Source: Candidatus Multivoradales bacterium (GTDB lineage: Bacteria; Acidobacteriota; Thermoanaerobaculia; Multivoradales; J023). Taken from it: a stretch of 64,000 nucleotides of DNA. The stretch covers positions 4,768,001 through 4,832,000 of the forward strand of contig CBDFLE010000006.1 in the NCBI GenBank assembly GCA_965248925.1, written 5' to 3'. This document shows, piece by piece, positions 49,268 to 57,753 of this stretch. The notes under the pieces were generated by a model. It was not told the origin of the DNA. It saw only the letters and a program-made list of their open reading frames with translations, and did not search any database. A program made the position numbers and the translations under genes. Each line of letters opens with the position of its first letter. The first letter of the stretch is position 1.

Positions 49268-50311
49268 TCAAGGCTGGCGGCGGGGGGATCGAACACAGCG
49301 AAAGCCGATGAGCCAGTCCCGGAACTCGGGCCCGCCCCTGAACCGGATCGCGGAGCGCAGGAGCTGGGCCGGGTCGAAGAACGAGCCCCCGCGCAGCACT
49401 CGGGACTTGCCTTCGTCGGGACCACTCGGGTCTTCCCGAGCTTCAGCGCTGTACTCGCCGTACCAATCCCAGACCCACTCCCAGACGTTGCCGTGCATGT
49501 CGTAGAGAGCCCAGGGATTGGGCTTCTTGGTCCCGACCGGCTGTGGCGCATTGTCCGAGTTGTCGGTGTACCAGGCGTATTTGCCGAGCTTTTCGGAGTT
49601 ATCGCCAAAGGACCACGGCGTCTCGGTGCCGGCCCGGCAGGCATACTCCCACTCTGCCTCGCTGGGCAGGCGGAAACCGTCCGCATCGCGCTGCCACTGG
49701 GGAGGCTGGTCGCCTTCGAGCAGGTAGGCCGGTTGCAGGCGGTGGAGCTTCGACAGCTGGTTGCAAAACTCGGCTGCATCTTCCCAGCTGACCTGGTTCA
49801 CCGGTCGGTCGTCGGCCTCGCCCTCCGGCCAACCGGGGTCTTCTCCGACGACTTTCTGGTAGAGCTGCCGGGTGACCGGCGTGGCCATCATCTCAAAGGC
49901 CGCCAGGGTGACCGGGTGGGCAGGCTTCTCGTCGTCGCGGGCTTGAGGATCGTCGTCGGCCGAGCCCATGGTGAAGCTGCCAGCTGGGATTGGCACCATC
50001 TTCACTTGCAAATCGGCTGGGATCTCGAAATCTGGCGGCTTGTCCTCATCCTCCTCTTCTTCCTCTTGCTCTTCCTCCAACACCGCCACCGGCTCGCTCG
50101 ACCAGGCGAGTAGCGCCGCGGCTGCCACCAGCGCCAGCGCCGTGGCGAAGGCCGCCCACTGCCATGATTCGGCCCAGTGGAGCAGCCAGCTGCCGGCTAA
50201 GCCGCCCAAGGCCAGGCCGAGGGCGATGGCCAGCCAGGTCGGCAGGTAGTCGAGCCGGCGCAGCAGGCCGCGACGGGGAGCGGAAGAGGGACTGGCGGTG
50301 GCGGTGCTCAC
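49268..50311 (-). CDS. DGR target 2: two-TM protein with acidic linker and CLec (FGE/SUMF1-fold) domain
   Basis: FRLPSEAEWEYACR, NPWALYDMHGNVWEW, RVLRGGS, GFRC; carries VR2. Confidence 0.92.
   Translation of the reverse strand: MSTATASPSSAPRRGLLRRLDYLPTWLAIALGLALGGLAGSWLLHWAESWQWAAFATALALVAAAALLAWSSEPVAVLEEEQEEEEEDEDKPPDFEIPADLQVKMVPIPAGSFTMGSADDDPQARDDEKPAHPVTLAAFEMMATPVTRQLYQKVVGEDPGWPEGEADDRPVNQVSWEDAAEFCNQLSKLHRLQPAYLLEGDQPPQWQRDADGFRLPSEAEWEYACRAGTETPWSFGDNSEKLGKYAWYTDNSDNAPQPVGTKKPNPWALYDMHGNVWEWVWDWYGEYSAEAREDPSGPDEGKSRVLRGGSFFDPAQLLRSAIRFRGGPEFRDWLIGFRCVRSPRRQP
49271..49399 (-). repeat. DGR variable repeat VR2
   Basis: Reverse complement aligns ungapped to the TR over 129 nt; 18 mismatches, all at TR adenines. 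Confidence 0.97.
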
Positions 50312-50347
50312 CTGGTCAGCTTATCGCGTGGGCGGGGTGGCCAAGCT

Positions 50348-50520
50348 TCATTGCAAAACGGTGAGGCCCAGGCCGCGGAAATCCTGGTCGAAGGCGAGGC
50401 AGGGCACGCTTTGAAGCGCTGTGGTCACGACAGCGAAGGAGATGGCGTCGCAGAGCGACAGTCGGTGGTCTTTGCCGTAGGCGCGAAAAACCCGTTCGGC
50501 CTCGGCGCGGACGGTTTCGC
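50348..50520 (-). pseudogene. C-terminal remnant of a PIN/VapC toxin
   Basis: 'AERVFRAYGKDHRLSLCDAISFAVV...CLAFDQDFRGLG'; the N-terminal PIN Asp motif is absent. Confidence 0.7.
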
Positions 50521-50559
50521 CGAGATGGGTGCCAGGCAAATAATCTATTGTGGCATATA

Positions 50560-50588
50560 TTGACACAGAAGAGGAAAGCGAACATGCT
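50560..50588 (+). promoter_or_regulatory. Sigma70-type promoter candidate for the TA operon, probably leaderless
   Basis: TTGACA-17 nt-CATGCT, with ATG 50595 seven nt after the -10 box and no RBS in between. Confidence 0.55.
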
Positions 50589-50594
50589 CGCGGT

Positions 50595-50939
50595 ATGGCC
50601 AACCGACAGACTCTGAACGTTTCGCTGCCCCCAGCCCAAGAGCATTTCGTCCGTGATCAAGTCGCGGTGGGCCGCTATCGCACCGCTAGCGAGGTGGTGC
50701 GCCACGGCTTGCGTCTGCTCGAAGAAACCGAGCATCGACGCTTGATGGAGAAGTGGCTCTACAAAGATCTTTCGTCGGACGAGCTGGCGCTGTTGCCGGA
50801 TGAGCACAGGGAACGTGTGCAGGCCCATTTTCGCAGCTTGGTCGAGGATGCAGTCCTGGACATCAAGGGGGGGCACGTTGCCGATGGGCCGAGCGCAGTG
50901 AAGCGGCTGCGGCAGGGTATTGAAGCTCGCCAGAAATGA
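50595..50939 (+). CDS. ParD-like ribbon-helix-helix antitoxin
   Basis: 'TLNVSLP...VAVGRYRTASEVVRHGLRLLEE'. Confidence 0.85.
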   Translation: MANRQTLNVSLPPAQEHFVRDQVAVGRYRTASEVVRHGLRLLEETEHRRLMEKWLYKDLSSDELALLPDEHRERVQAHFRSLVEDAVLDIKGGHVADGPSAVKRLRQGIEARQK

Positions 50940-51241
50940 TCCGCTATCTGCTGACCGCGACTGCCGAGGGCGAGCTCGGTGAGCATCTTCGTTTCATCTC
51001 AGAAGGCAGCGGCAAGACGCGAGCGCTGCACGTTCTCGAAAACTTCGAAGAGGCCTTTGAGAGGATTGCCGCATCGCCTGGGATTGGCTACAGGAGAGAG
51101 CAACTCACCGGCCCGGAGCTGCGCTGGTGGCCGGTCTTCCGCTTCTTGGTTCTTTACGATCCCACATCCAAGCCGTTGACCGTATTGCGGGTCCTGCACG
51201 GCGCGCGTGATCTTGAGCGCATTTTTCAGCTCGATAGCTAG
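50936..51241 (+). CDS. ParE/RelE family toxin
   Basis: 'SPGIGYRREQL...LRWWPV..FLVLYD...VLRVLHGARDL'; ATGA overlap with the antitoxin. Confidence 0.88.
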   Translation: MIRYLLTATAEGELGEHLRFISEGSGKTRALHVLENFEEAFERIAASPGIGYRREQLTGPELRWWPVFRFLVLYDPTSKPLTVLRVLHGARDLERIFQLDS

Positions 51242-51297
51242 TTGAGCTGGTACGACGAGAGTGCGAGCGGCAAGCGGGGAAGGGCGCCTCTCAGCGC

Positions 51298-51333
51298 AAT
51301 ACAAAGCGGGCGCCCCGGCTAGCGGAGCGCCCG
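51298..51333 (-). terminator. Probable intrinsic terminator
   Basis: 11-bp GC stem (51307-51317/51323-51333, one G.U on the minus strand) followed by CTTTGTATT; just past the 51357 stop. Confidence 0.6.
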
Positions 51334-51356
51334 GTTGGGAGGTTCTAGTCGTTACT

Positions 51357-51920
51357 TCAACGCAGCGGGCAGCTGTTGCTGAGCACGCCGATGGCGCTCG
51401 ACTGGCCTTTGCAGGGGCGGGCGATCGACAGCTGCGCCTGGCCGCTCCACAGCACCGAGCCGATGTCGTCGCCGCTCTCATTGTCGCGGGCCGCTTTCGG
51501 CGCGGGGGTGATCTTTACTTGTAGCAGGTCGTCGTCTTGGAGGAAGACCGAAATCGGGTCGCAGAGCAAGGGCGGATCAATGCAGCCCATCGGGATGCCT
51601 TCGAGGGTGACGCAGAGCTTGCCCGGCGGGCAGTTGCAGCCGAAGGCGGCGGTCTGCGGCGGGTAGGCCTGGATGTCGAAATGCTGACGCTCGACTTCTT
51701 GACCATTGACCAGGAAGGAAACGTCAGTCGACAGGTCCACCGGACCGCGGGTCGGGTTGGCGGTGGCCGAGAAGAAGGCGGTCACCATGGTGTTGCCGTC
51801 GGCGGTGGGGGCGGCGGAGATGGCTTCCACCATCCGGTTGACTTCGTTCTTGCTTTGGGCGGCGGCCGGCAGAGTACAGATCAAGGCGATTAGGGCGAGG
51901 ACTAGAATCTGGGTGCGCAT
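51357..51920 (-). CDS. Hypothetical secreted Cys-containing protein, possibly Ig/CARDB-like
   Basis: Signal peptide MRTQILVLALIALICTLPAAA; AAGGA RBS; 'CNCPPGKLC' loop; 'DNESGDD'. Confidence 0.6.
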   Translation of the reverse strand: MRTQILVLALIALICTLPAAAQSKNEVNRMVEAISAAPTADGNTMVTAFFSATANPTRGPVDLSTDVSFLVNGQEVERQHFDIQAYPPQTAAFGCNCPPGKLCVTLEGIPMGCIDPPLLCDPISVFLQDDDLLQVKITPAPKAARDNESGDDIGSVLWSGQAQLSIARPCKGQSSAIGVLSNSCPLR

Positions 51921-52050
51921 GGTTTTGTTCCTTATCCGAAGGGTCGTTGTTTTCGCTGGCACGGCGCGGGCCGTGTCGCTTTCGGGATCAGGAACGAACG
52001 GGGGGTGAGTTTCTCCTCAAAAATTCTCGATATTTCCTGGTGTCGTCTTC

Positions 52051-54858
52051 TCAAACCCGTCGCCGTCTGAGCCACTCACCCAACACCAGCAGTCCGCTCA
52101 GCGCAGCAGCCACCCACCACCAGAGATAAGTCTGCCGGCCACCTGGCAATGGCGTCGTAGCACCATCGCCCAGGGCCACCATGCCGGCCCAGGCGGCGGC
52201 CGGGGCACCGGCTGCGCGGCGGTCGCGCTTGGCCTCGGCGAGGGCGGTGGCGACATCGGCGCCATCCGCTAGGTGGCTGGCGAAGCGTTCCATCAAGCGG
52301 GCGGCTTCGTCGTCGCGCAGTGGCCACAGGCTGGCGACCACAGCTTTAGCGCCGGCTTGGAAGAAGGCGCGGGCGAGGCTCATCGGCCCTTCGCCCTGGA
52401 GCACGGCGCCAGCGCCGGTCTGGCAAGCCGAGAGCACCACCAATTGGTCGGCGAGGGGCAGGCGGTGGATCTCGTGCGGCTGTAGCAAGCCGTCTTCGTC
52501 GTCGCTGCCGGGAGCTAGTAGGACCGCCGACCGCCAGCTGCGTTCGCTGTCGATGATGGCGTGAGCCGCCAGGTGCAGCACCGTGTGTTCGTCGCCAGCG
52601 CTTTTCAGCCGGCTCTCGCTAGCCGCTGCGCCGCGGTGCAGATGGCCGCCGAGAAGGCGGCGGACGGCCCGCCCTTCGTGACCCGCCCAGGGCAGCGGGC
52701 CGAGGGCCAGGCCGCTTTTGAAAAGCGCCCCGCGCTCGCTAGCGACAGCAGTTGCAGGGGCGGCGGCGCTGGGCAATTCAGGGTTGGCCAGCACCAGGGC
52801 GCCGCCGTGCCGTTTGCTGACCGGTCGATCTCTCCACTGCTGCCAAAGGCTGGCCGAAGGCACGATCGACAGGGCGTATTTTTCAACCAACGGCGGTCCC
52901 TCCACCTCGGCTCGTAGGGCGTCGAAAGGCAGCAGGTGGAGAATGCCATCGGGGACGATCACCAGCCGGTTGATGCTGGGCGGTAGCTGGGCTAGGGCAG
53001 CGGCCAGCAGGTCTTGATAGAGGCGCGCCGCTGCTCGCTGCTCGCTGCCGTCGCGGCGCTTGAAGAGGCCACGAAAGAGGGTGATGGCGGGCTCTAGCAC
53101 CGCCCGATCGGGCAGGCGATAGAGCTGCCGGCCGGCGTGGCTGATCACCATCAGCCACGCGCCGCCTGCCTGGTGACCGAAGATGTCTTCCCACAGCCCG
53201 ATCTGGAACGACAGCAGGGCTTCGTCGGGCCGCAGGCTGGTCTCGATGGTGCTGAGTTCAGCCAGCGGTGGTGGCGGCCGTTCGGTGCCTTGCTCGGCTC
53301 TCTGGCGGATGCCGGCTAGCTGACCTTCGACCCGCGCTAGTTCGGCCTCGGTGGTAGCTCGCTGGTTGTTGTCAAGTGGGGTTAGCAGGCGGCGATTGAT
53401 CGCTACTTGCTGTCGTAGCAGCCGTTCTTCGGCTGGGGTCGTCGAGGGTCGTTGCCTTGCCAGGGCCTGGCGCAGCACCCGGCCGCGCATTTGTTCGACC
53501 ACTTGAAAGGCCAGCTCGATATCGTCTTTGCGAGGACTGCCGCCGGGATCGTCGTCGAGCAGGCGGCTGGCAATCCAGCGGTAGGCGTCGGTCCACACGG
53601 CGAGGTAGTTGGCGCGGCCAAAAGTCTCGTCTTGACGATCACTGGTGCCTTCGAGGAGATCGAGCAGGCGCAGGGAATCGGCGATCGCCGCGCTGCGGGG
53701 CAGGGTGGCCCAGCGGACTCGTAGGCGATCGGACCAGGCGTAGGTCTCGATCCGTGGCTGGCCGGAAGAACGGGCCAGGGAGAGGATCTGGTCGATGCGC
53801 GCGGCAGCACCCTCGGGATCGTCGATCAAGGTGTGACTGGCCAGGGCACCAAGACTGTTGGCTAGCAGCAGCGGGTTGCCGAGCCGCCGAGCGATGTCGA
53901 AGGCTTGGTGCAATTGCTCGCTGCCGTCTTGACCCAGCAGTCGGCCGAGGTTCTGGCGGGCAGCAGCTTCGGTCGACTGATCGCCAGCCAAGACCGCTTG
54001 GTCAAGGGCGCGGTGCAGGGCCCGCTCAGCCAGCGGTCCATCGGCCGGGATCTGGCGCTCGGCGATTTGTACTAGGGCCAAGTCGAGCAGCGCGGTAGCT
54101 TCGGCAGTCGGGTCTTCGGCACCCTTGGCCGCGCCGGCCAGGCGCTCAAAGGACAGCCGCGCGCGGTGGTAGCGCCCGAGGCTGAAGTCGACCTCGCCTA
54201 GAGCTAGCAGGACATCGCGCTCCAGGGAGTAGACGGTGAGTTCGGCGGCGATGCTTTGGGCTTCTTCGAGTAGCCGCCGGGCGCGCCCAAGATCACCGTC
54301 GTGGCCGGTCAGCAATCTTGCCTCTTGTACTTTGATCGCGCCGATCAGTTCGGCGGTAGCGGCGAGTTTGGCGGCGTCGGTGGCGCGGCGAAGCTGGTCG
54401 AGGGCGGCCAATCGATCGCCGTGGGCATGCAACATCCGAGAGAGGTTGATGTGACTGTAAGCGGCGCCCAGAGGGTTGCCGCTGGAGGTGAAGGTTTGGG
54501 CGGCCGTGGTGAGGTGCTGCTCGGCATCCGCCTGGCCGAGGTCATTCGCTAGGGCGCCAAGGTAGAAGTGCAGCCAAGGCAGCTGGGGATGGACCGCGAG
54601 GAGGGATTCGAGCTGCTCGGCTGCGGTGGACTTGTCGTTGTCCCTAGCTCGTGCCGCCTGATACAGGCAGTCGCCCACCGCCCGGCCGCCATCGGCTATC
54701 GACAACAGATGGTGACAATCGGACCCCGGTTGGCCGCTAGGAGTCCCCGTCGCTGCTTGGCAGATCATCGCGGCGGCGGTGAGGAACGTCGCCGCCGCAA
54801 CAGAGGAGCGCTCAGCCACCCGAGTTGTCCGGCGGCGGTGGCACCGCTGAGCCGGCAT
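52051..54858 (-). CDS. TPR-like + CHAT (caspase-like) protease with C-terminal membrane anchor (start uncertain)
   Basis: 'IVPDGILHLLPF', catalytic His in 'LHLAAH' and Cys in 'VVLSACQTG', 'SLWPLRD'. Confidence 0.9.
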   Translation of the reverse strand: MPAQRCHRRRTTRVAERSSVAAATFLTAAAMICQAATGTPSGQPGSDCHHLLSIADGGRAVGDCLYQAARARDNDKSTAAEQLESLLAVHPQLPWLHFYLGALANDLGQADAEQHLTTAAQTFTSSGNPLGAAYSHINLSRMLHAHGDRLAALDQLRRATDAAKLAATAELIGAIKVQEARLLTGHDGDLGRARRLLEEAQSIAAELTVYSLERDVLLALGEVDFSLGRYHRARLSFERLAGAAKGAEDPTAEATALLDLALVQIAERQIPADGPLAERALHRALDQAVLAGDQSTEAAARQNLGRLLGQDGSEQLHQAFDIARRLGNPLLLANSLGALASHTLIDDPEGAAARIDQILSLARSSGQPRIETYAWSDRLRVRWATLPRSAAIADSLRLLDLLEGTSDRQDETFGRANYLAVWTDAYRWIASRLLDDDPGGSPRKDDIELAFQVVEQMRGRVLRQALARQRPSTTPAEERLLRQQVAINRRLLTPLDNNQRATTEAELARVEGQLAGIRQRAEQGTERPPPPLAELSTIETSLRPDEALLSFQIGLWEDIFGHQAGGAWLMVISHAGRQLYRLPDRAVLEPAITLFRGLFKRRDGSEQRAAARLYQDLLAAALAQLPPSINRLVIVPDGILHLLPFDALRAEVEGPPLVEKYALSIVPSASLWQQWRDRPVSKRHGGALVLANPELPSAAAPATAVASERGALFKSGLALGPLPWAGHEGRAVRRLLGGHLHRGAAASESRLKSAGDEHTVLHLAAHAIIDSERSWRSAVLLAPGSDDEDGLLQPHEIHRLPLADQLVVLSACQTGAGAVLQGEGPMSLARAFFQAGAKAVVASLWPLRDDEAARLMERFASHLADGADVATALAEAKRDRRAAGAPAAAWAGMVALGDGATTPLPGGRQTYLWWWVAAALSGLLVLGEWLRRRRV

Positions 54859-55822
54859 CGTGGGCTGGTGGTGGCTGGTTGATGCTGCCGGACGTTTCGA
54901 TGCGGCGGACTTCGAAGTCGATCAAGTGCAGCGGGTTGCGCTTTCGTTCGATCTCTTCACGGCGTTTCAGCAGCTTGGATCTCGAAGTTTCGGCGAGCAG
55001 CCAATACTCTCCGTCCAGCTGGCGCCAGATGGCGGCGAAGCGGGGCGTACTTGAGTTCTTGTCGTAGTAGACCTCGATGTCTTCAAGCATCAACCCGGAT
55101 TTGCAGGCGTCCTCGAGGCGGCTGTCGAAGGTGGTCTGGTCGAGGTCGAAGACCACCTGCTGGCGGCCACCAGCGGGTTGCCAGATGGCCGACCAGCGAC
55201 GCTCGCCGCCAGGTTCTAGCCAGGTTTCGAGGTCCAGCATCCGCAAGCCCCGGCCGCTGAGCTGAGCGTGACGCTGGCGCAGCTCGGCGCGCCGCACTCC
55301 GAGTTCTAGCTGATGCTGACCACGGCTGGGAGCGAAAATAGCGTCGTAGCGGCGACGACCACTCTTGGTAACCCAGGACTCGATGTCGATCAACTGAAAG
55401 TGGGAAGCGGATTGCCGCCGCGAGATGCGTCGCAGCCTGGTTCGTGAAAGACCCAGAAAGACGTGACTCGTGGCCTGTTGCCGGCGCCACAATCCGGAGT
55501 AGAGGCGCCCGTCGCGGGCGGATTCGCTCTCGATGTCGATCAGCTCGAAACCGCGGCGATGCAGCTGCTTGGTACGTCGTTCAAAGGCTCGGCCGGACAG
55601 GGACCATGCCAGGCGGTCTTGGTCGCCACCCGAGCGCCACAGGCCGCTCACTATCTGGGAGACGAAGATTCGATCCTCTGCGGTCAAGGTATCGCCAGGC
55701 CCCTGGTGGGGCTGGGCGCCGGCCGCCGCGGTAAACAGCAGGGATGAAACGAGGCTCAACAGCAACAGGGTGCGTAGTCGCTGTTCGAGACGGGTGATTT
55801 GCAAGGCTATTCGATCGCGCAT
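54812..55822 (-). CDS. Secreted protein with about five tandem repeats (polyglycine-hydrolase-like structural repeat type)
   Basis: Signal peptide; repeats 'G.eLiDiE.......Y.aiW'. Confidence 0.65.
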   Translation of the reverse strand: MRDRIALQITRLEQRLRTLLLLSLVSSLLFTAAAGAQPHQGPGDTLTAEDRIFVSQIVSGLWRSGGDQDRLAWSLSGRAFERRTKQLHRRGFELIDIESESARDGRLYSGLWRRQQATSHVFLGLSRTRLRRISRRQSASHFQLIDIESWVTKSGRRRYDAIFAPSRGQHQLELGVRRAELRQRHAQLSGRGLRMLDLETWLEPGGERRWSAIWQPAGGRQQVVFDLDQTTFDSRLEDACKSGLMLEDIEVYYDKNSSTPRFAAIWRQLDGEYWLLAETSRSKLLKRREEIERKRNPLHLIDFEVRRIETSGSINQPPPAHDAGSAVPPPPDNSGG

Positions 55823-55958
55823 GGCGTTTTGCTCCTGGGGGGACGACCGGGTCGTCGGGTGGTTTGCTCTCTCTTCCCTCAGTTCAACGCTGGCTCGGTT
55901 GTTTTCCCTCACTCCGCAGTACCGAGTGCCCATTTCCTTCTAGGTACAAGTCTGGATT

Positions 55959-56669
55959 TCATTGCAGGCGTTGTACGAAGGTCTCTGAGATCAAGCGCTC
56001 GCCGCTGGGCAGAATGGCTTCGACTTGCCACAAGATCTCGCTGCCGGCGGGCAGCTGGTCGAATAACTCAGCGGGCAGCTCGAAACGGGGCTCGGCGAAA
56101 TCGCGGCCTTCCGCCAAGAGCACCAGCTCCAGGTTGCTGACCCGCAGGTCGTAACGCGCTCCCTCAAGACCCTGCCAGCGCAGGACGGGAGCTTGGCGTG
56201 ACAATAGAGCATCGGCGGGGAGCAATGAGCTGAGTTTCTTGCCGCCGCTGTTGCGAACGATCGGCTCGCCGCCGCTTGCTGGGCCGGGCTCGGTCTGCCA
56301 GTCGCTCAGCAACCACAGGCCGACAGCGGCTAGTAGCAGGGCGGCCAGCGCCAGCTGCCAAGGCCGTGGTGAGGCGCGGGTGAAGGCGGGATGGCTGACC
56401 GGCGCCCGCTCGTCGGCTGCGCGGATTTCGTCTTGCAGTGCTTGGGCCAGCCGCCATTCTTCGGCTAGTTCGGGAGAGGCGGCGGTTTGTTCGATCAGCT
56501 CGCGCCTTTGATGCGGTTTGAGTTCACCGCTGAGGGCGTCCCACAGCCGGGCCGGCGACGGCAGCTCGGTCGGATCGGAGCTGATGGGGCGTTGGCGAAA
56601 AGCACGCCGCAGCGCTTCAGTGTCGGGGGGGTCGTGAGTGCCGGGGTGGTCTTTAATCTGATCGTTCAT
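55959..56669 (-). CDS. Putative anti-sigma factor (single TM)
   Basis: ATGA overlap with the ECF gene; helical N-term, one TM, extracytoplasmic beta domain. Confidence 0.65.
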   Translation of the reverse strand: MNDQIKDHPGTHDPPDTEALRRAFRQRPISSDPTELPSPARLWDALSGELKPHQRRELIEQTAASPELAEEWRLAQALQDEIRAADERAPVSHPAFTRASPRPWQLALAALLLAAVGLWLLSDWQTEPGPASGGEPIVRNSGGKKLSSLLPADALLSRQAPVLRWQGLEGARYDLRVSNLELVLLAEGRDFAEPRFELPAELFDQLPAGSEILWQVEAILPSGERLISETFVQRLQ

Positions 56670-57343
56670 GGCGAGAAACCTTTCCGTTGCAGGCAACTAC
56701 GCAGGTCCGCCAGGCCGCGATAGGTGAGGTTCTCCACCCGTTTGGCGGTCCAGCCGAGTAGCTCGGCCGCCTCGCGGACCCGGTGTCCCTGCAAATGAAG
56801 CGTCACCGCCAGCTGCCGGGGTCGAACCAACTGTGCCAGGCAACTGTCGAGCGCGCGGCCAATCTGCCGGCTAGCTCCCACCCTCTCGGGGCCGGGCTCA
56901 GGGTCCGGCAAGGGAGACTCGCTTTCACCGTCGTCTAGCGGTACCTCGCCACGGCGGCGGTGGCGCCGGATTTCGTCGATCAGCGCGCTGTAGGCGGTGC
57001 GCCACAGATATGACGATGAGAAGGTACGTTCTCCCTCACTTCGGCGGCGAATCTCCATCACCTTGATCAGCGCCGTCTGCACCAAGTCTTCCTTCTGATC
57101 GGCTAGCCAAGGGGGGCAAGAGCGAGCCAGGGCGCGTTCTAGACGTTGCCGCATCCAGGCGTAATCATCCTCCTCGGTCGCGGCCGCGGTGAGTGATTCG
57201 TCGATCGACAATGAGGTTCCTCGAGAGAAAGTAGTGGCTCTAGAGGCCGCTAGCGGCTCGCCCGCCTGCTGGGGTCTGGGAGCCCTTTGCTGCCTACCTA
57301 CCCCGAGTAGCACTCTGAGATTAGCATGCGTCCTATCTGGCAA
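56666..57343 (-). CDS. ECF RNA polymerase sigma factor (true start probably nearer 57211)
   Basis: Region 2 'EDLVQTAL...YLWRTAYSALIDEIRR'; region 4 'VREAAELLGWTAKRVENLTYRGLADLR'. Confidence 0.9.
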   Translation of the reverse strand: MPDRTHANLRVLLGVGRQQRAPRPQQAGEPLAASRATTFSRGTSLSIDESLTAAATEEDDYAWMRQRLERALARSCPPWLADQKEDLVQTALIKVMEIRRRSEGERTFSSSYLWRTAYSALIDEIRRHRRRGEVPLDDGESESPLPDPEPGPERVGASRQIGRALDSCLAQLVRPRQLAVTLHLQGHRVREAAELLGWTAKRVENLTYRGLADLRSCLQRKGFSP

Positions 57344-57401
57344 AGAATGGGGCTGGCAGCCGGTCGGCCGCGGGCGCTAGTAGACGGGTAATTCTTGATA
57401 G

Positions 57402-57439
57402 CTTGTGCTGGAGCCAACTCCTTGTGCTGGAGCCAACTC
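57402..57439 (+). repeat. Perfect 19-bp tandem duplication CTTGTGCTGGAGCCAACTC
   Basis: 57402-57420 is identical to 57421-57439. Confidence 0.95.
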
Positions 57440-57541
57440 AAGAAAGGAGAGCAGGATGCAAGCCACCGATGGATTCAACGGACCGGACAGGGTCGCCAGA
57501 GACTCGGTTTCGTTGCCGGTCTACACCAGTGAGCGGGGTAC

Positions 57542-57753
57542 CAGCTGTTGGCGCTGAAACCAAGGATCTTCCTCTTGCTTCTTGGTTCTGCTCAACGGCC
57601 CGGGGCACGGCTACGCACTGATGAAAGAGGTCGAGCGACGCTCGGTCGGACAGGTGCGGATGCAGCCGGGAATCCTTTACCGACTGCTCGCTGGCCTGCT
57701 TGAGGACGGTTGGATCGAGGAGTTGGTGGAGCGCCAGGAGCCTGGATGAACGG
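57542..57753 (+). pseudogene. Frameshifted, truncated PadR-family regulator remnant (not in the ORF track)
   Basis: One frame reads LLALKPRIFLLL; after a shift near 57582 it reads LVLLNGPGHGYALMKEVERRSVGQVRMQPGILYRLLAGLLEDGWIEE, with a stop at 57747-57749. Confidence 0.75.

Larger units (their letters stand above)
46692..49399. mobile_element. Diversity-generating retroelement (VR1 - HTH/4HB - avd - TR - RT - VR2)
   Basis: All canonical components are present and mismatches are adenine-specific. Confidence 0.96.

Noticed and set aside
46692-49399. VR1 and VR2 as terminal inverted repeats of a transposon or invertible segment
   Set aside because: They are coding gene ends whose differences track TR adenines, and no transposase or recombinase lies between them
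49147-50113. Long alternative-frame and antisense ORFs here and across the window (e.g. 14009-14827, 46209-46904)
   Set aside because: They are shadow ORFs expected in high-GC DNA, overlap well-supported genes, and show no recognisable motifs
57402-57439. Possible CRISPR repeat
   Set aside because: Only two adjacent 19-bp copies with no spacer and no cas genes
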